Below the pieces are notes generated by a model. The model had not been told where the DNA came from. It made no database searches and worked only from the letters and a program-made list of their open reading frames with translations. A stretch of 44,789 bases of DNA from Vectrevirus PDP21P6, in the sequence record OZ035822.1. One strand, 5' to 3'. Below, one piece after another: positions 8,985-17,447 of the stretch. Position 1 is the first letter of the stretch. The number at the start of each line of letters is the position of its first letter. The translations under genes and the position numbers were made by a program.

Positions 8985-9095
8985 TAGCTTAGGTTAACCT
9001 TAGTGGACTACCTTAATTAAAGCCTTAGTGCTTCACTTAGTATCAGCTTAGTAGTGTACCTTAGTTGGTCTTAGTGAATAGCCTTAGTGATTGCA
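8985..9095 (+). repeat. periodic array of CTTAGT(G) heptamer motifs
   Basis: about nine CTTAGT/CTTAGTG copies spaced 10-13 bp apart, with more copies scattered from 8393 to 10300; non-coding. Confidence 0.6.
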
Positions 9096-9316
9096 TAGCT
9101 AAAGCTATAAGATGCCAATAGGTCGCGGTCAGTAGACCGCTAAGAAAGAGAATAGTAATAAGATGCAGTAGGAGGGACACCAGAACACGGGACAACCTGG
9201 CCTCTCCTGTCTCTGTATCTATTACTTTCCTTAGTCTCACACGTTAGACAACCTAGGTTTCTCTTAGTAATTGTGACCTGTATCACATAAATAATCTATC
9301 TTAGTGAAACTTAGTG

Positions 9317-9345
9317 TTGACACAGGCAATCAACAGCTATACATT
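9317..9345 (+). promoter_or_regulatory. host sigma70-type early promoter
   Basis: TTGACA, 17-bp spacer, TACATT. Confidence 0.55.
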
Positions 9346-9493
9346 AGCAATCACTGAGGTGGACCTAGCAAGCTGCCTCAGGTTATAAGCAGGAGAATTG
9401 ATGCGTAAGCCATAGCTGGTGGATGTAGTCGCATGAAGGCTTGAGTAAGGGGCCGTTTAATACCTTCTTCCTCTGGAGACAACGCTTATAACA

Positions 9494-9508
9494 CCGCTCT
9501 TTAACAAT
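9494..9508 (+). promoter_or_regulatory. boxA-like antitermination element
   Basis: CCGCTCTTTAACAAT contains the rrn boxA core GCTCTTTAACAA; lies in the early leader. Confidence 0.5.
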
Positions 9509-9566
9509 CTGCTTAGTGTAACCTGTGTATGCCGTGGTTAATTACTTATTGAATGAGGAATTAACT

Positions 9567-9665
9567 ATGAATTACGAAAAACTGTATAAAGCCTATTACT
9601 ATAACGCATTAGTGAGAGGAGAAGAGCCTTTGTCTTTCGCTGAGTTTGTGGAGGCTTTATCATGA
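9567..9665 (+). CDS. hypothetical early protein
   Basis: 32-aa ORF, GAGGAA RBS, stop overlaps next start (ATGA). Confidence 0.3.
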   Translation: MNYEKLYKAYYYNALVRGEEPLSFAEFVEALS

Positions 9666-9847
9666 CACTGAATAGCCGTGAACTATCCGTTCTCTTCACC
9701 TTGTTATGCTATATGATATATAGAAATGAGTCACTCAGTGATGATGAGTTGTCTTTGTATCACCGCTTTCTTAACGATGGTTGGGTGGATACATTAAACC
9801 AGAAACGTGACTTGATGAAGGAGTTAATTAATGATTCAGTTAACTGA
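9662..9847 (+). CDS. hypothetical early protein
   Basis: 61-aa ORF, translationally coupled to the upstream ORF. Confidence 0.45.
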   Translation: MTLNSRELSVLFTLLCYMIYRNESLSDDELSLYHRFLNDGWVDTLNQKRDLMKELINDSVN

Positions 9848-9980
9848 AGACCAATTAAAGCAAATCTTAGTTGATGCGTGGTTTGCTGGTCATGAAACAT
9901 CTCAATACACACCTAACGCTTATGGCGATGCTAACAGATATGCACGTTCTGTATTAAAGGAGGTTAAAGAGGATGCATAA
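9831..9980 (+). CDS. hypothetical early protein
   Basis: 49-aa ORF, AGGAG RBS 7 nt upstream of ATG 9831. Confidence 0.35.
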   Translation: MIQLTEDQLKQILVDAWFAGHETSQYTPNAYGDANRYARSVLKEVKEDA

Positions 9981-10197
9981 ACACGAAATCTTTCTTAATT
10001 CAGGAAGTGAGGCACTCCGATTACTAGAAGATATGGAACAGGCTGGCGTAGCTGCTGACCTCACAACCTTTCTTCTGGACTATGACAGAGATTATTACCG
10101 CGTTACCTTAGTGACTGAGTATGATAACCAAGTCATCACTGAGTACTTAGGTAGTGAAGATTATGATTACGATGAAGTAATCACAACAAATCTCTAA
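9973..10197 (+). CDS. acidic early protein (DNA-mimic/anti-restriction candidate)
   Basis: 74 aa, AGGAGG RBS; strongly acidic, Asp/Glu/Tyr-rich C-terminal half; one of the first genes transcribed. Confidence 0.5.
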   Translation: MHKHEIFLNSGSEALRLLEDMEQAGVAADLTTFLLDYDRDYYRVTLVTEYDNQVITEYLGSEDYDYDEVITTNL

Positions 10198-10204
10198 ATA
10201 ACTG

Positions 10205-10233
10205 TTGACAGCCACGGCATACAAGGTTACATT
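10205..10233 (+). promoter_or_regulatory. host sigma70-type early promoter
   Basis: TTGACA, 17-bp spacer, TACATT; same architecture as 9317. Confidence 0.55.
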
Positions 10234-10264
10234 AAGCATCAAGACGGCGACGTCTTTAAACATC

Positions 10265-10279
10265 CCGCTCTTTAACAAT
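10265..10279 (+). promoter_or_regulatory. boxA-like antitermination element
   Basis: second exact copy of CCGCTCTTTAACAAT, about 30 nt downstream of the 10205 promoter and preceded by hairpin AAGACG-gcga-CGTCTT. Confidence 0.5.
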
Positions 10280-10373
10280 TTGGATAGAAGCTTCTTAGTC
10301 TGGATAGGTTAAACCTAGGAGATTCTCTTGAGTCTCCTAGAATGTAACCTAACTAACTAATGAGGACTAAATC

Positions 10374-10643
10374 ATGCAAACTATCGTTACTAAATACTTC
10401 GCTCCGACTAACACTCGCGGCTCTCGTATCAAGGTGACTAGCTGGCTCGGCTCTAAGACTTACGCTTGGGATTATGCCTTAGATGTGGAAGATAACCACA
10501 ATAAAGCATTCTACCAGTGGTTAGAGGAACAGAATAATGAGATGGCTCGTAAGTATCCTGATACAAAAGACAGTGAGCGGTTTAAGTTGGTGACTAAAGG
10601 TAATATGCCGGATGGCTCTGGCTATGCCTACATCATCAAGTGA
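10374..10643 (+). CDS. hypothetical early protein
   Basis: 89-aa ORF with GAGGA RBS. Confidence 0.55.
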   Translation: MQTIVTKYFAPTNTRGSRIKVTSWLGSKTYAWDYALDVEDNHNKAFYQWLEEQNNEMARKYPDTKDSERFKLVTKGNMPDGSGYAYIIK

Positions 10644-10651
10644 GGTGTAAC

Positions 10652-10765
10652 ATGGAAAAGCAATATAACTTTATCTTTTCAGACGGTGTAACCCTGAAGT
10701 GTTCCCTACGATTCGCACAGATTCGAGAGGAAGTGCTAGGCACTACATACAAACTATTTAGCTGA
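10652..10765 (+). CDS. hypothetical early protein
   Basis: 37-aa ORF with GAGGTG RBS. Confidence 0.3.
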   Translation: MEKQYNFIFSDGVTLKCSLRFAQIREEVLGTTYKLFS

Positions 10766-10841
10766 CACTATAAGAGAAGGCTTAACAAGGCGTTGCTACG
10801 GTAGCGCCTGATTAAACTTTCACTTACTAGGAGTTAAGACT

Positions 10842-11069
10842 ATGGATTTAGATAGCATCATTATGGCATTTGCTCTTATTGGCTTAAGCTGGTGCTCCTA
10901 TCACCTTTACCGTGAGTTCTTATTTGATAAAGCTAAACGCAAACTAAGAAAGGAAGGCGGTAATTACCTTTGTGTAAGAGGTGGGCTTGTAGAATACATT
11001 GCACCTAACGGCACGGAATGCGCCATTAGCAAAGATGCATTTATAGAAACGTGGCATTACATCAAGTAA
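10842..11069 (+). CDS. hypothetical early protein with N-terminal hydrophobic segment
   Basis: 75-aa ORF, AGGAG RBS. Confidence 0.5.
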   Translation: MDLDSIIMAFALIGLSWCSYHLYREFLFDKAKRKLRKEGGNYLCVRGGLVEYIAPNGTECAISKDAFIETWHYIK

Positions 11070-11133
11070 CTAGCCTATAGCCTGCCTGTGTGGGCTATGT
11101 GATATTTACTTATCACTATATAAGGTGACTATT

Positions 11134-12018
11134 ATGACTACTGAAAACATCCTCCTGTCTGTCCGTGAAGCTGCAACCGCTGAGATTAAGCAGCATTTGG
11201 ATAATATCGGCACTTCTTACATCAAAGTTGGCGCTTGTCTGAATGAATTACGCGGTGATTTCGAAGGTCAAAAAGACTTTTTAGCTTATGTAGAATCAGA
11301 GTTCGGCATCAAGAAAGCACAATGCTATAAGCTGATGAGTGTAGCCCGTGTCTTTGAGGGAGATGACCGCTTTAAAGGTGTGGCGATGCGTGTAATGCTG
11401 GCGCTTGTCCCTTTCGCTGATGAAAATATCATCATGGAGAAAGCCGCAGAACTCGCCGCAGAGGGCAAGCTGGACACTAACGCCGTAAACGCCTTGATTG
11501 AGCCTAAGAAAGAGCCAAAGTCTGAGACGGTACAACCCAAGGCTGAGCCTGTAAAACCGCAGGAGAACGCGACTGCGGCCGCAGAATCACAGGAAACGCA
11601 AGCGCCGCAGGAAGTGCCGCCAGCAAGTGAGTCAGATGACGACAAATCAGCACCGTGGGAAGAGGAAAGCAAGCCGGAAGCGCCAAAGGCCGCGCCACTG
11701 GACAACACGGCTAACACTGAAAACGCCGCTATGGCTGGCCTACTGGCACAAATTAAGGCACTGACTGAGCAATTACAGGCAGCTAACGACCGCATCGCCG
11801 CCCTAACCAGCGCACGCGAAAGCAAGAAGGCAGCCGCGCCTATGCTTCCACAGTTTAAATCCTCTTGCTTTTACGCTCGCTTAGGTTTGAGTGCTGAAGA
11901 GGCAACGAAGAAAACTGCTGTTAACAAAGCACGCCGCGAACTGGTTAAACTGGGTTACGGTGAAGGACACGAGGCATGGCCTTTAATCTCTGAGGCAGTA
12001 GAAGAATTGACCAAGTAA
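11134..12018 (+). CDS. hypothetical early protein with acidic/Pro-rich low-complexity linker
   Basis: ATG 11134 with AAGGTG RBS; 294 aa; helical N-domain, central linker, C-terminal predicted coiled coil; no kinase motifs. Confidence 0.6.
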   Translation: MTTENILLSVREAATAEIKQHLDNIGTSYIKVGACLNELRGDFEGQKDFLAYVESEFGIKKAQCYKLMSVARVFEGDDRFKGVAMRVMLALVPFADENIIMEKAAELAAEGKLDTNAVNALIEPKKEPKSETVQPKAEPVKPQENATAAAESQETQAPQEVPPASESDDDKSAPWEEESKPEAPKAAPLDNTANTENAAMAGLLAQIKALTEQLQAANDRIAALTSARESKKAAAPMLPQFKSSCFYARLGLSAEEATKKTAVNKARRELVKLGYGEGHEAWPLISEAVEELTK

Positions 12019-12080
12019 CCTTATCGGTGGCATCTTCTTAGGTGTCACCTATTAAGGTTTCTTTAACGGGAGTACACAAA

Positions 12081-14708
12081 ATGCAGGACTTATACGCTAT
12101 CCAGCTTCAGCTTGAAGAAGAGATGTTTAATGGTGGTATCCGTCGCTTTGAAGCAGACCAACAACGCCAGATTGCATCCGGTAATGAATCCGACACGGCA
12201 TGGAATCGCCGCTTATTGTCTGAGTTAATCGCACCGATGGCGGAAGGTATTCAGGCTTATAAGGAAGAGTATGAAGGCAAGCGCGGTCGTGCACCGCGTG
12301 CATTGGCTTTCATTAACTGCGTAGAAAATGAAGTGGCAGCGTATATCACGATGAAAATCGTAATGGATATGCTTAATAATGATGTGACTTTGCAGGCTAT
12401 AGCCATGAATGTAGCTGACCGCATAGAAGACCAAGTGCGCTTCAGCAAGCTGGAAGGACACGCCGCCAAATACTTTGAGAAAGTTAAGAAGTCACTTAAG
12501 GCAAGTAAGACTAAATCATATCGCCATGCGCACAACGTAGCGGTCGTGGCTGAGAAGTCAGTAGCTGACCGTGACGCTGATTTCTCTCGCTGGGAGGCGT
12601 GGCCTAAAGATACCTTGCTACAAATCGGTATGACCTTGCTAGAAATACTGGAGAATAGCGTATTCTTCAACGGGCAGCCTGTTTTCCTCCGCACCTTGCG
12701 CACTAACGGCGGCAAGCATGGCGTTTACTACTTACAGACTAGCGAACACGTGGGTGAATGGATAACTGCATTTAAAGAGCACGTAGCGCAATTAAGTCCT
12801 GCCTATGCGCCTTGCGTTATTCCTCCTCGTCCGTGGGTTTCTCCGTTTAATGGTGGCTTCCATACCGAGAAGGTGGCGAGTCGTATTCGTCTGGTTAAAG
12901 GAAACCGCGAGCACGTCCGCAAGCTGACCAAAAAGCAAATGCCAGCGGTTTACAAGGCTGTTAACGCTTTGCAGGCGACTAAGTGGCAGGTTAATAAAGA
13001 GGTTTTGCAGGTAGTAGAGGACGTTATCCGTCTCGACCTTGGTTATGGTGTGCCTTCCTTTAAACCACTCATCGACCGTGAGAACAAGCCAGCTAATCCA
13101 GTGCCGTTAGAGTTCCAGCACCTGCGAGGCCGTGAACTTAAAGAGATGCTAACGCCGGAACAATGGCAAGCCTTCATCAACTGGAAAGGCGAATGTACCA
13201 AGCTGTATACCGCTGAAACTAAGCGCGGCAGCAAGTCGGCGGCAACCGTTCGCATGGTCGGGCAGGCCCGTAAATACAGCCAGTTTGACGCAATATACTT
13301 CGTGTATGCACTGGATAGCCGTTCACGCGTTTATGCGCAATCTAGCACGCTCTCGCCGCAATCAAACGACCTAGGCAAGGCGTTACTGCGTTTCACCGAA
13401 GGGCAGCCTCTAAATAACTCTGAGGCGCTTAAGTGGTTTTTGGTGAACGGTGCTAATAACTGGGGTTGGGATAAGAAAACTTTCGACGTCCGCACCGCTA
13501 ACGTGTTAGATGGTGAATTCCAAGACATGTGCCGCGATATTGCAGCCGACCCGCTGACTTTTACTCAATGGGTGAATGCTGACTCCCCTTATGGCTTCCT
13601 TGCATGGTGCTTTGAATATGCGCGTTATCTGGATGCACTGGATGAAGGCACGCAAGACCAATTCATGACGCACCTACCCGTCCATCAAGACGGTAGTTGC
13701 TCTGGTATCCAGCACTATAGCGCGATGTTACGCGATGAAGTAGGTGCGAAAGCAGTAAACCTTAAGCCTTCTGACTCCCCTCAAGATATTTATGGCGCGG
13801 TTGCGCAGGTTGTTATCCAGAAGAATTACGCTTACATGAATGCAGATGATGCAGAGACGTTCACATCTGGAAGCGTCACACTTACAGGTGCAGAACTGCG
13901 TAGCATGGCTAGCGCATGGGATATGATAGGTATCACTCGCGGATTAACCAAAAAGCCGGTAATGACCTTGCCGTATGGCTCTACCCGCTTAACATGCCGT
14001 GAGTCAGTGATTGATTATATTGTTGATTTGGAAGAAAAAGAGGCACAAAGGGCTATTGCAGAAGGGCGGACGGCTAATCCGGTGCACCCTTTTGATAATG
14101 ACCGTAAAGATTATTTAACACCGGGCGCAGCTTATAACTACATGACCGCGTTAATTTGGCCTTCTATCTCTGAGGTTGTTAAAGCACCTATAGTGGCGAT
14201 GAAAATGATTCGCCAACTCGCACGATTCGCAGCTAAAAGAAACGAAGGGTTAGAATATCCCTTGCCTACTGGCTTTATCTTGCAACAAAAGATAATGGCT
14301 ACCGACATGCTACGCGTATCCACTTGCTTGATGGGTGAAATCAAGATGAGTCTACAGATTGAGACTGATGTAGTGGATGAAACGGCAATGATGGGCGCTG
14401 CCGCTCCCAACTTTGTTCACGGGCATGATGCTAGTCATCTCATCCTGACTGTATGTGACCTCGTTGATAAGGGCATTACATCCATCGCAGTCATCCATGA
14501 TTCCTTTGGTACTCATGCAGGCCGTACAGCAGACCTGCGGGATAGCTTAAGGGCAGAAATGGTGAAGATGTATCAAGGTCGTAATGCCCTGCAAAGCCTG
14601 TTAGATGAGCATGAAGAACGCTGGTTAGTAGACACCGGAATCCAAGTGCCAGAGCAAGGAGAATTTGACCTTAACGAAATCTTAGTATCTGACTATTGCT
14701 TCGCATAA
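12081..14708 (+). CDS. single-subunit DNA-directed RNA polymerase (T7/SP6 family)
   Basis: motifs [37 protein letters not shown] and C-terminal ...YCFA; ATG 12081; N-terminus [16 protein letters not shown] resembles SP6-type RNAPs from memory. Confidence 0.95.
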   Translation: MQDLYAIQLQLEEEMFNGGIRRFEADQQRQIASGNESDTAWNRRLLSELIAPMAEGIQAYKEEYEGKRGRAPRALAFINCVENEVAAYITMKIVMDMLNNDVTLQAIAMNVADRIEDQVRFSKLEGHAAKYFEKVKKSLKASKTKSYRHAHNVAVVAEKSVADRDADFSRWEAWPKDTLLQIGMTLLEILENSVFFNGQPVFLRTLRTNGGKHGVYYLQTSEHVGEWITAFKEHVAQLSPAYAPCVIPPRPWVSPFNGGFHTEKVASRIRLVKGNREHVRKLTKKQMPAVYKAVNALQATKWQVNKEVLQVVEDVIRLDLGYGVPSFKPLIDRENKPANPVPLEFQHLRGRELKEMLTPEQWQAFINWKGECTKLYTAETKRGSKSAATVRMVGQARKYSQFDAIYFVYALDSRSRVYAQSSTLSPQSNDLGKALLRFTEGQPLNNSEALKWFLVNGANNWGWDKKTFDVRTANVLDGEFQDMCRDIAADPLTFTQWVNADSPYGFLAWCFEYARYLDALDEGTQDQFMTHLPVHQDGSCSGIQHYSAMLRDEVGAKAVNLKPSDSPQDIYGAVAQVVIQKNYAYMNADDAETFTSGSVTLTGAELRSMASAWDMIGITRGLTKKPVMTLPYGSTRLTCRESVIDYIVDLEEKEAQRAIAEGRTANPVHPFDNDRKDYLTPGAAYNYMTALIWPSISEVVKAPIVAMKMIRQLARFAAKRNEGLEYPLPTGFILQQKIMATDMLRVSTCLMGEIKMSLQIETDVVDETAMMGAAAPNFVHGHDASHLILTVCDLVDKGITSIAVIHDSFGTHAGRTADLRDSLRAEMVKMYQGRNALQSLLDEHEERWLVDTGIQVPEQGEFDLNEILVSDYCFA

Positions 14709-14716
14709 TATTAATA

Positions 14717-14747
14717 GGCCATTCCTTCGGGAGTGGCCTTTTCTTTT
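14717..14747 (+). terminator. intrinsic terminator after the RNAP gene (early terminator analog)
   Basis: GGCCATTCC-ttcg-GGAGTGGCC stem-loop followed by TTTTCTTTT. Confidence 0.7.
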
Positions 14748-14781
14748 ACCTACTACCGGTAACATTTCATTAACATAAAGT

Positions 14782-14797
14782 GTCTCACATGTGAGAC
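14782..14797 (+). repeat. 16-bp perfect palindrome GTCTCACATGTGAGAC (copy 1)
   Basis: exact palindrome, 3 bp upstream of promoter 14800. Confidence 0.8.
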
Positions 14798-14799
14798 TT

Positions 14800-14822
14800 A
14801 TTTACCGGACACTATAGGATAG
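14800..14822 (+). promoter_or_regulatory. phage RNAP promoter (variant)
   Basis: ATTTACCGGACACTATAGGATAG, +1 G at 14817. Confidence 0.6.
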
Positions 14823-14963
14823 CCGTCGGAGACGGGAAAGAAAGGGAAGATAAAGGATATAAAAGGAAGTAATAGGTATTAAAGGTTATATAGGTTATCT
14901 AGGAATACCTATTACCTCCTTCCTTCCTCTTATTACTACTTAGAGGAAGGGCAGATCTAGGTT

Positions 14964-14979
14964 GTCTCACATGTGAGAC
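14964..14979 (+). repeat. 16-bp perfect palindrome GTCTCACATGTGAGAC (copy 2)
   Basis: exact palindrome, 5 bp upstream of promoter 14985. Confidence 0.8.
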
Positions 14980-14984
14980 TTCGT

Positions 14985-15007
14985 ATTTACCGGACAGTAT
15001 AGATAAG
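14985..15007 (+). promoter_or_regulatory. phage RNAP promoter (variant)
   Basis: ATTTACCGGACAGTATAGATAAG, +1 G at 15002; upstream of gene 1.1 homolog. Confidence 0.5.
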
Positions 15008-15032
15008 ACTAACTTACTTTGGAGATTTAACC

Positions 15033-15161
15033 ATGCGTAACTTTGAGAAGATGACCCGTAAAGCTAACCGTTTTGACATGGAAGAAGGGCAGAAGAAAGG
15101 CAAGAAGCTGAATAAACCTGTCCGTGACCGTGCATCTAAACGCGCAGCGTGGGAGTTCTAA
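15033..15161 (+). CDS. gene 1.1-like small basic protein
   Basis: 42-aa ORF MRNFEKMTRKANRFDMEEGQKKGKKLNKPVRDRASKRAAWEF, GGAG RBS; same size and position after origin as T7 gp1.1. Confidence 0.55.
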   Translation: MRNFEKMTRKANRFDMEEGQKKGKKLNKPVRDRASKRAAWEF

Positions 15162-15164
15162 GTT

Positions 15165-15383
15165 ATGGCTAAATATAGAATTAAGACATGCTTAAACAGT
15201 CACGGGCACGAGTGCTATGTAGTACAGCGTAAAGTGTTATGTTTCTTATGGGTGACTTGCATGATACCTATTGGGTTCACTGATACTGAAGCAATCTTCG
15301 GTACAGAAGATGATGCATATAGGTTCATTGCCAAGCGCAGAAAAGGTGATTCTTATAGACACAGAATTATTAAGGTAAACTAA
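15165..15383 (+). CDS. hypothetical protein
   Basis: 72-aa ORF with GGAG RBS. Confidence 0.5.
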   Translation: MAKYRIKTCLNSHGHECYVVQRKVLCFLWVTCMIPIGFTDTEAIFGTEDDAYRFIAKRRKGDSYRHRIIKVN

Positions 15384-17371
15384 TGGCTATTATTAATAAC
15401 ATTCCGTGCCCTGCCTGCCAGAAGAATGGACACGATAAATCCGGCAATCATCTTATGATATTTGATGACGGTGCTGGCTACTGTAACCGTGGTCACTTCC
15501 ATGATAATGGCAAGCCTTACTACCATAAGCCCGAAGGTGGCATCGAGATAACAGAGTTACCTATCACTGGCAACATCAAATATACACCTTCTCAGTTTAA
15601 AGAGATGGAGAAGGAAGGGAAGATAAGCGACCCTAAGTTGCGCGCCATCGCACTTGGTGGTATGCGTATGAAAGACCGTTGGGAGGTCATGAATGAGCAA
15701 GAAAGGGCAGAGCAAGAAGCAGAGTGGAAACTTGATGTTGAATGGTTCCTCACGCTTAAGCGTAAGAATCTTGTTTCCCGACACATTCGCGGCGACATTT
15801 GCGCATTGTATGATGTACGTGTCGGACATGATGAAGAGGGTAGAGTCTCACGGCATTACTATCCACGCTTCGAGAAAGGTGAACTAGTAGGCGCTAAGTG
15901 TCGCACATTACCTAAAGACTTTAAGTTTGGTCATTTAGGTAAACTATTTGGTATGCAAGATCTTTTCGGTATGAATACTTTGTCTCACGTGTTAGACAAG
16001 GGAAGACGAAAGGATTGCTTGCTTATTGTGGGTGGGGAACTGGATGCACTAGCAGCGCAGCAGATGCTCCTTGATTCTGCCAAGGGTACTAAGTGGGAAG
16101 GGCAGCCTTACCATGTATGGTCTGTCAATAAGGGTGAATCTTGCCTTGAAGAAATTGTGCAGAACCGTGAGCACATAGCCCAATTCAAGAAGATTATTTG
16201 GGGCTTTGATGGGGATGAGGTAGGACAGAAGCAGAACCAACAAGCGGCTCGCCTGTTTCCCGGCAAATCCTACATCCTTGAATACCCTTCTGGTTGCAAA
16301 GATGCCAACAAGGCATTGATGGCTGGTAAGGCCAAAGAATTTGTGGATGCTTGGTTTAATGCAAAGTCATCTGATGAAGTCTTTGGTAGCCAGATTAAAT
16401 CTATCGCATCTCAAAGGGATAAGCTCAAGGCTGCACGTCCAGAACAAGGGCTGTCATGGCCTTGGCCTAAGCTAAACAAGGTAACGCTGGGTATCCGTAA
16501 GAATCAGCTTATCATTGTAGGTGCAGGCTCTGGTGTGGGTAAGACTGAGTTTCTCCGTGAAGTAGTTAAGCATCTCATTGAAGAACACGGTGAATCTGTA
16601 GGCATCATTTCTACAGAAGACCCGATGGTCAAAGTGTCCCGTGCTTTTATCGGCAAATGGATTGATAAGCGTATTGAGTTACCACCAACCAACGACCCGA
16701 AAGAAGATGGATACCGTGAGGTGTTCGACTATACCGAGGAAGAAGCTAACGCCGCCATTGATTATGTAGCCGATACAGGGAAGCTGTTTGTAGCTGACCT
16801 AGAAGGTGACTACTCGATGGAGAAGGTAGAGCAGACCTGCCTTGAGTTTGAGGCTATGGGTATTTCCAATATCATCATTGATAACTTAACGGGGATTAAA
16901 TTAGATGAGCGTGCTTTTGGTGGGAAGGTTGGTGCACTTGATGAATGCGTCAAGCGGATTGGTACTATCAAAGACCGACACCCAGTTACTATATTCCTTG
17001 TATCACACCTTACACGTCCTCCGGCAAACCGTACCCAACACGAAGAAGGTGGCGAGGTTATCCTTTCTGACTTCCGAGGCTCAGGGGCTATCGGATTCTG
17101 GGCATCTTACGCCTTGGGGATTGAGCGTAACACAAGAGCTGAAACGCTTGATGAAAGAACTACCACGTACATTTCATGTGTCAAAGACCGCGACCAAGGT
17201 ATCTACACCGGAACCAAGATCATGCTTAAGGGTGACATTCAGACCGGACGTTTGAGAGAACCTCAAGCCCGTACTAGGTCATTTGATACAGGCGAAGCAA
17301 GGCAACAAGAAGTGCCTGATTTACCGGACACTATAGAAGAGACTAACTTCGATGAAGAAAGTGAGTTCTGA
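15383..17371 (+). CDS. DNA primase/helicase (T7 gp4-like)
   Basis: N-terminal zinc ribbon CPACQKNGHDKSG...YCNRGHFH, Walker A GAGSGVGKT, acidic C-terminal tail ending ...NFDEESEF. Confidence 0.9.
   Translation: MAIINNIPCPACQKNGHDKSGNHLMIFDDGAGYCNRGHFHDNGKPYYHKPEGGIEITELPITGNIKYTPSQFKEMEKEGKISDPKLRAIALGGMRMKDRWEVMNEQERAEQEAEWKLDVEWFLTLKRKNLVSRHIRGDICALYDVRVGHDEEGRVSRHYYPRFEKGELVGAKCRTLPKDFKFGHLGKLFGMQDLFGMNTLSHVLDKGRRKDCLLIVGGELDALAAQQMLLDSAKGTKWEGQPYHVWSVNKGESCLEEIVQNREHIAQFKKIIWGFDGDEVGQKQNQQAARLFPGKSYILEYPSGCKDANKALMAGKAKEFVDAWFNAKSSDEVFGSQIKSIASQRDKLKAARPEQGLSWPWPKLNKVTLGIRKNQLIIVGAGSGVGKTEFLREVVKHLIEEHGESVGIISTEDPMVKVSRAFIGKWIDKRIELPPTNDPKEDGYREVFDYTEEEANAAIDYVADTGKLFVADLEGDYSMEKVEQTCLEFEAMGISNIIIDNLTGIKLDERAFGGKVGALDECVKRIGTIKDRHPVTIFLVSHLTRPPANRTQHEEGGEVILSDFRGSGAIGFWASYALGIERNTRAETLDERTTTYISCVKDRDQGIYTGTKIMLKGDIQTGRLREPQARTRSFDTGEARQQEVPDLPDTIEETNFDEESEF
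17319..17341 (+). promoter_or_regulatory. phage RNAP promoter embedded in 3' end of primase-helicase gene
   Basis: ATTTACCGGACACTATAGAAGAG, +1 G at 17336. Confidence 0.6.
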
Positions 17372-17388
17372 TTAGTGTATTTATCAGG

Positions 17389-17419
17389 GCTTGTCTCACA
17401 TGTGAGACAGGCTCTTATT
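17389..17419 (+). terminator. terminator-like hairpin containing palindrome copy 3
   Basis: GCTTGTCTCACATGTGAGACAGGC (core GTCTCACATGTGAGAC at 17393-17408) followed by TCTTATT. Confidence 0.55.
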
Positions 17420-17447
17420 AAGTACATTAAATAACTGGAGATTGATT

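Larger units (their letters stand above)
14748..15032 (+). other. putative primary replication origin region
   Basis: non-coding region right after the RNAP gene with two phage promoters, two palindrome copies and an AT-rich 12-bp inverted repeat GTAATAGGTATT...AATACCTATTAC; same layout as the T7 primary origin. Confidence 0.5.

Noticed and set aside
8812-8997. 61-aa + strand ORF in the repeat region
   Set aside because: No RBS, non-ATG start, lies in the CTTAGTG and promoter-like repeat region; probably non-coding.
8985-9095. Possible CRISPR array
   Set aside because: Repeat unit is only about 7 bp with about 11-bp periodicity and no spacer structure; no cas genes; fits terminal-region short repeats of T7-like phages.
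10759-10781. Phage promoter-like sequence ATTTAGCTGACACTATAAGAGAAGG
   Set aside because: Mismatch at +1 and in the specificity region, and it lies upstream of the RNAP gene in the host-transcribed early region; likely non-functional or very weak.
11325-11825. 166-aa and other reverse-strand ORFs within gene 11134-12018
   Set aside because: They arise from the GC-rich low-complexity linker region; no RBS; antisense to a supported gene.
8658-14836. 14-mer CCGTCGGAGACGGG present at 8658 and 14823
   Set aside because: A single exact 14-mer pair is within chance expectation for a 45-kb sequence; noted as palindromic but not claimed as a feature.
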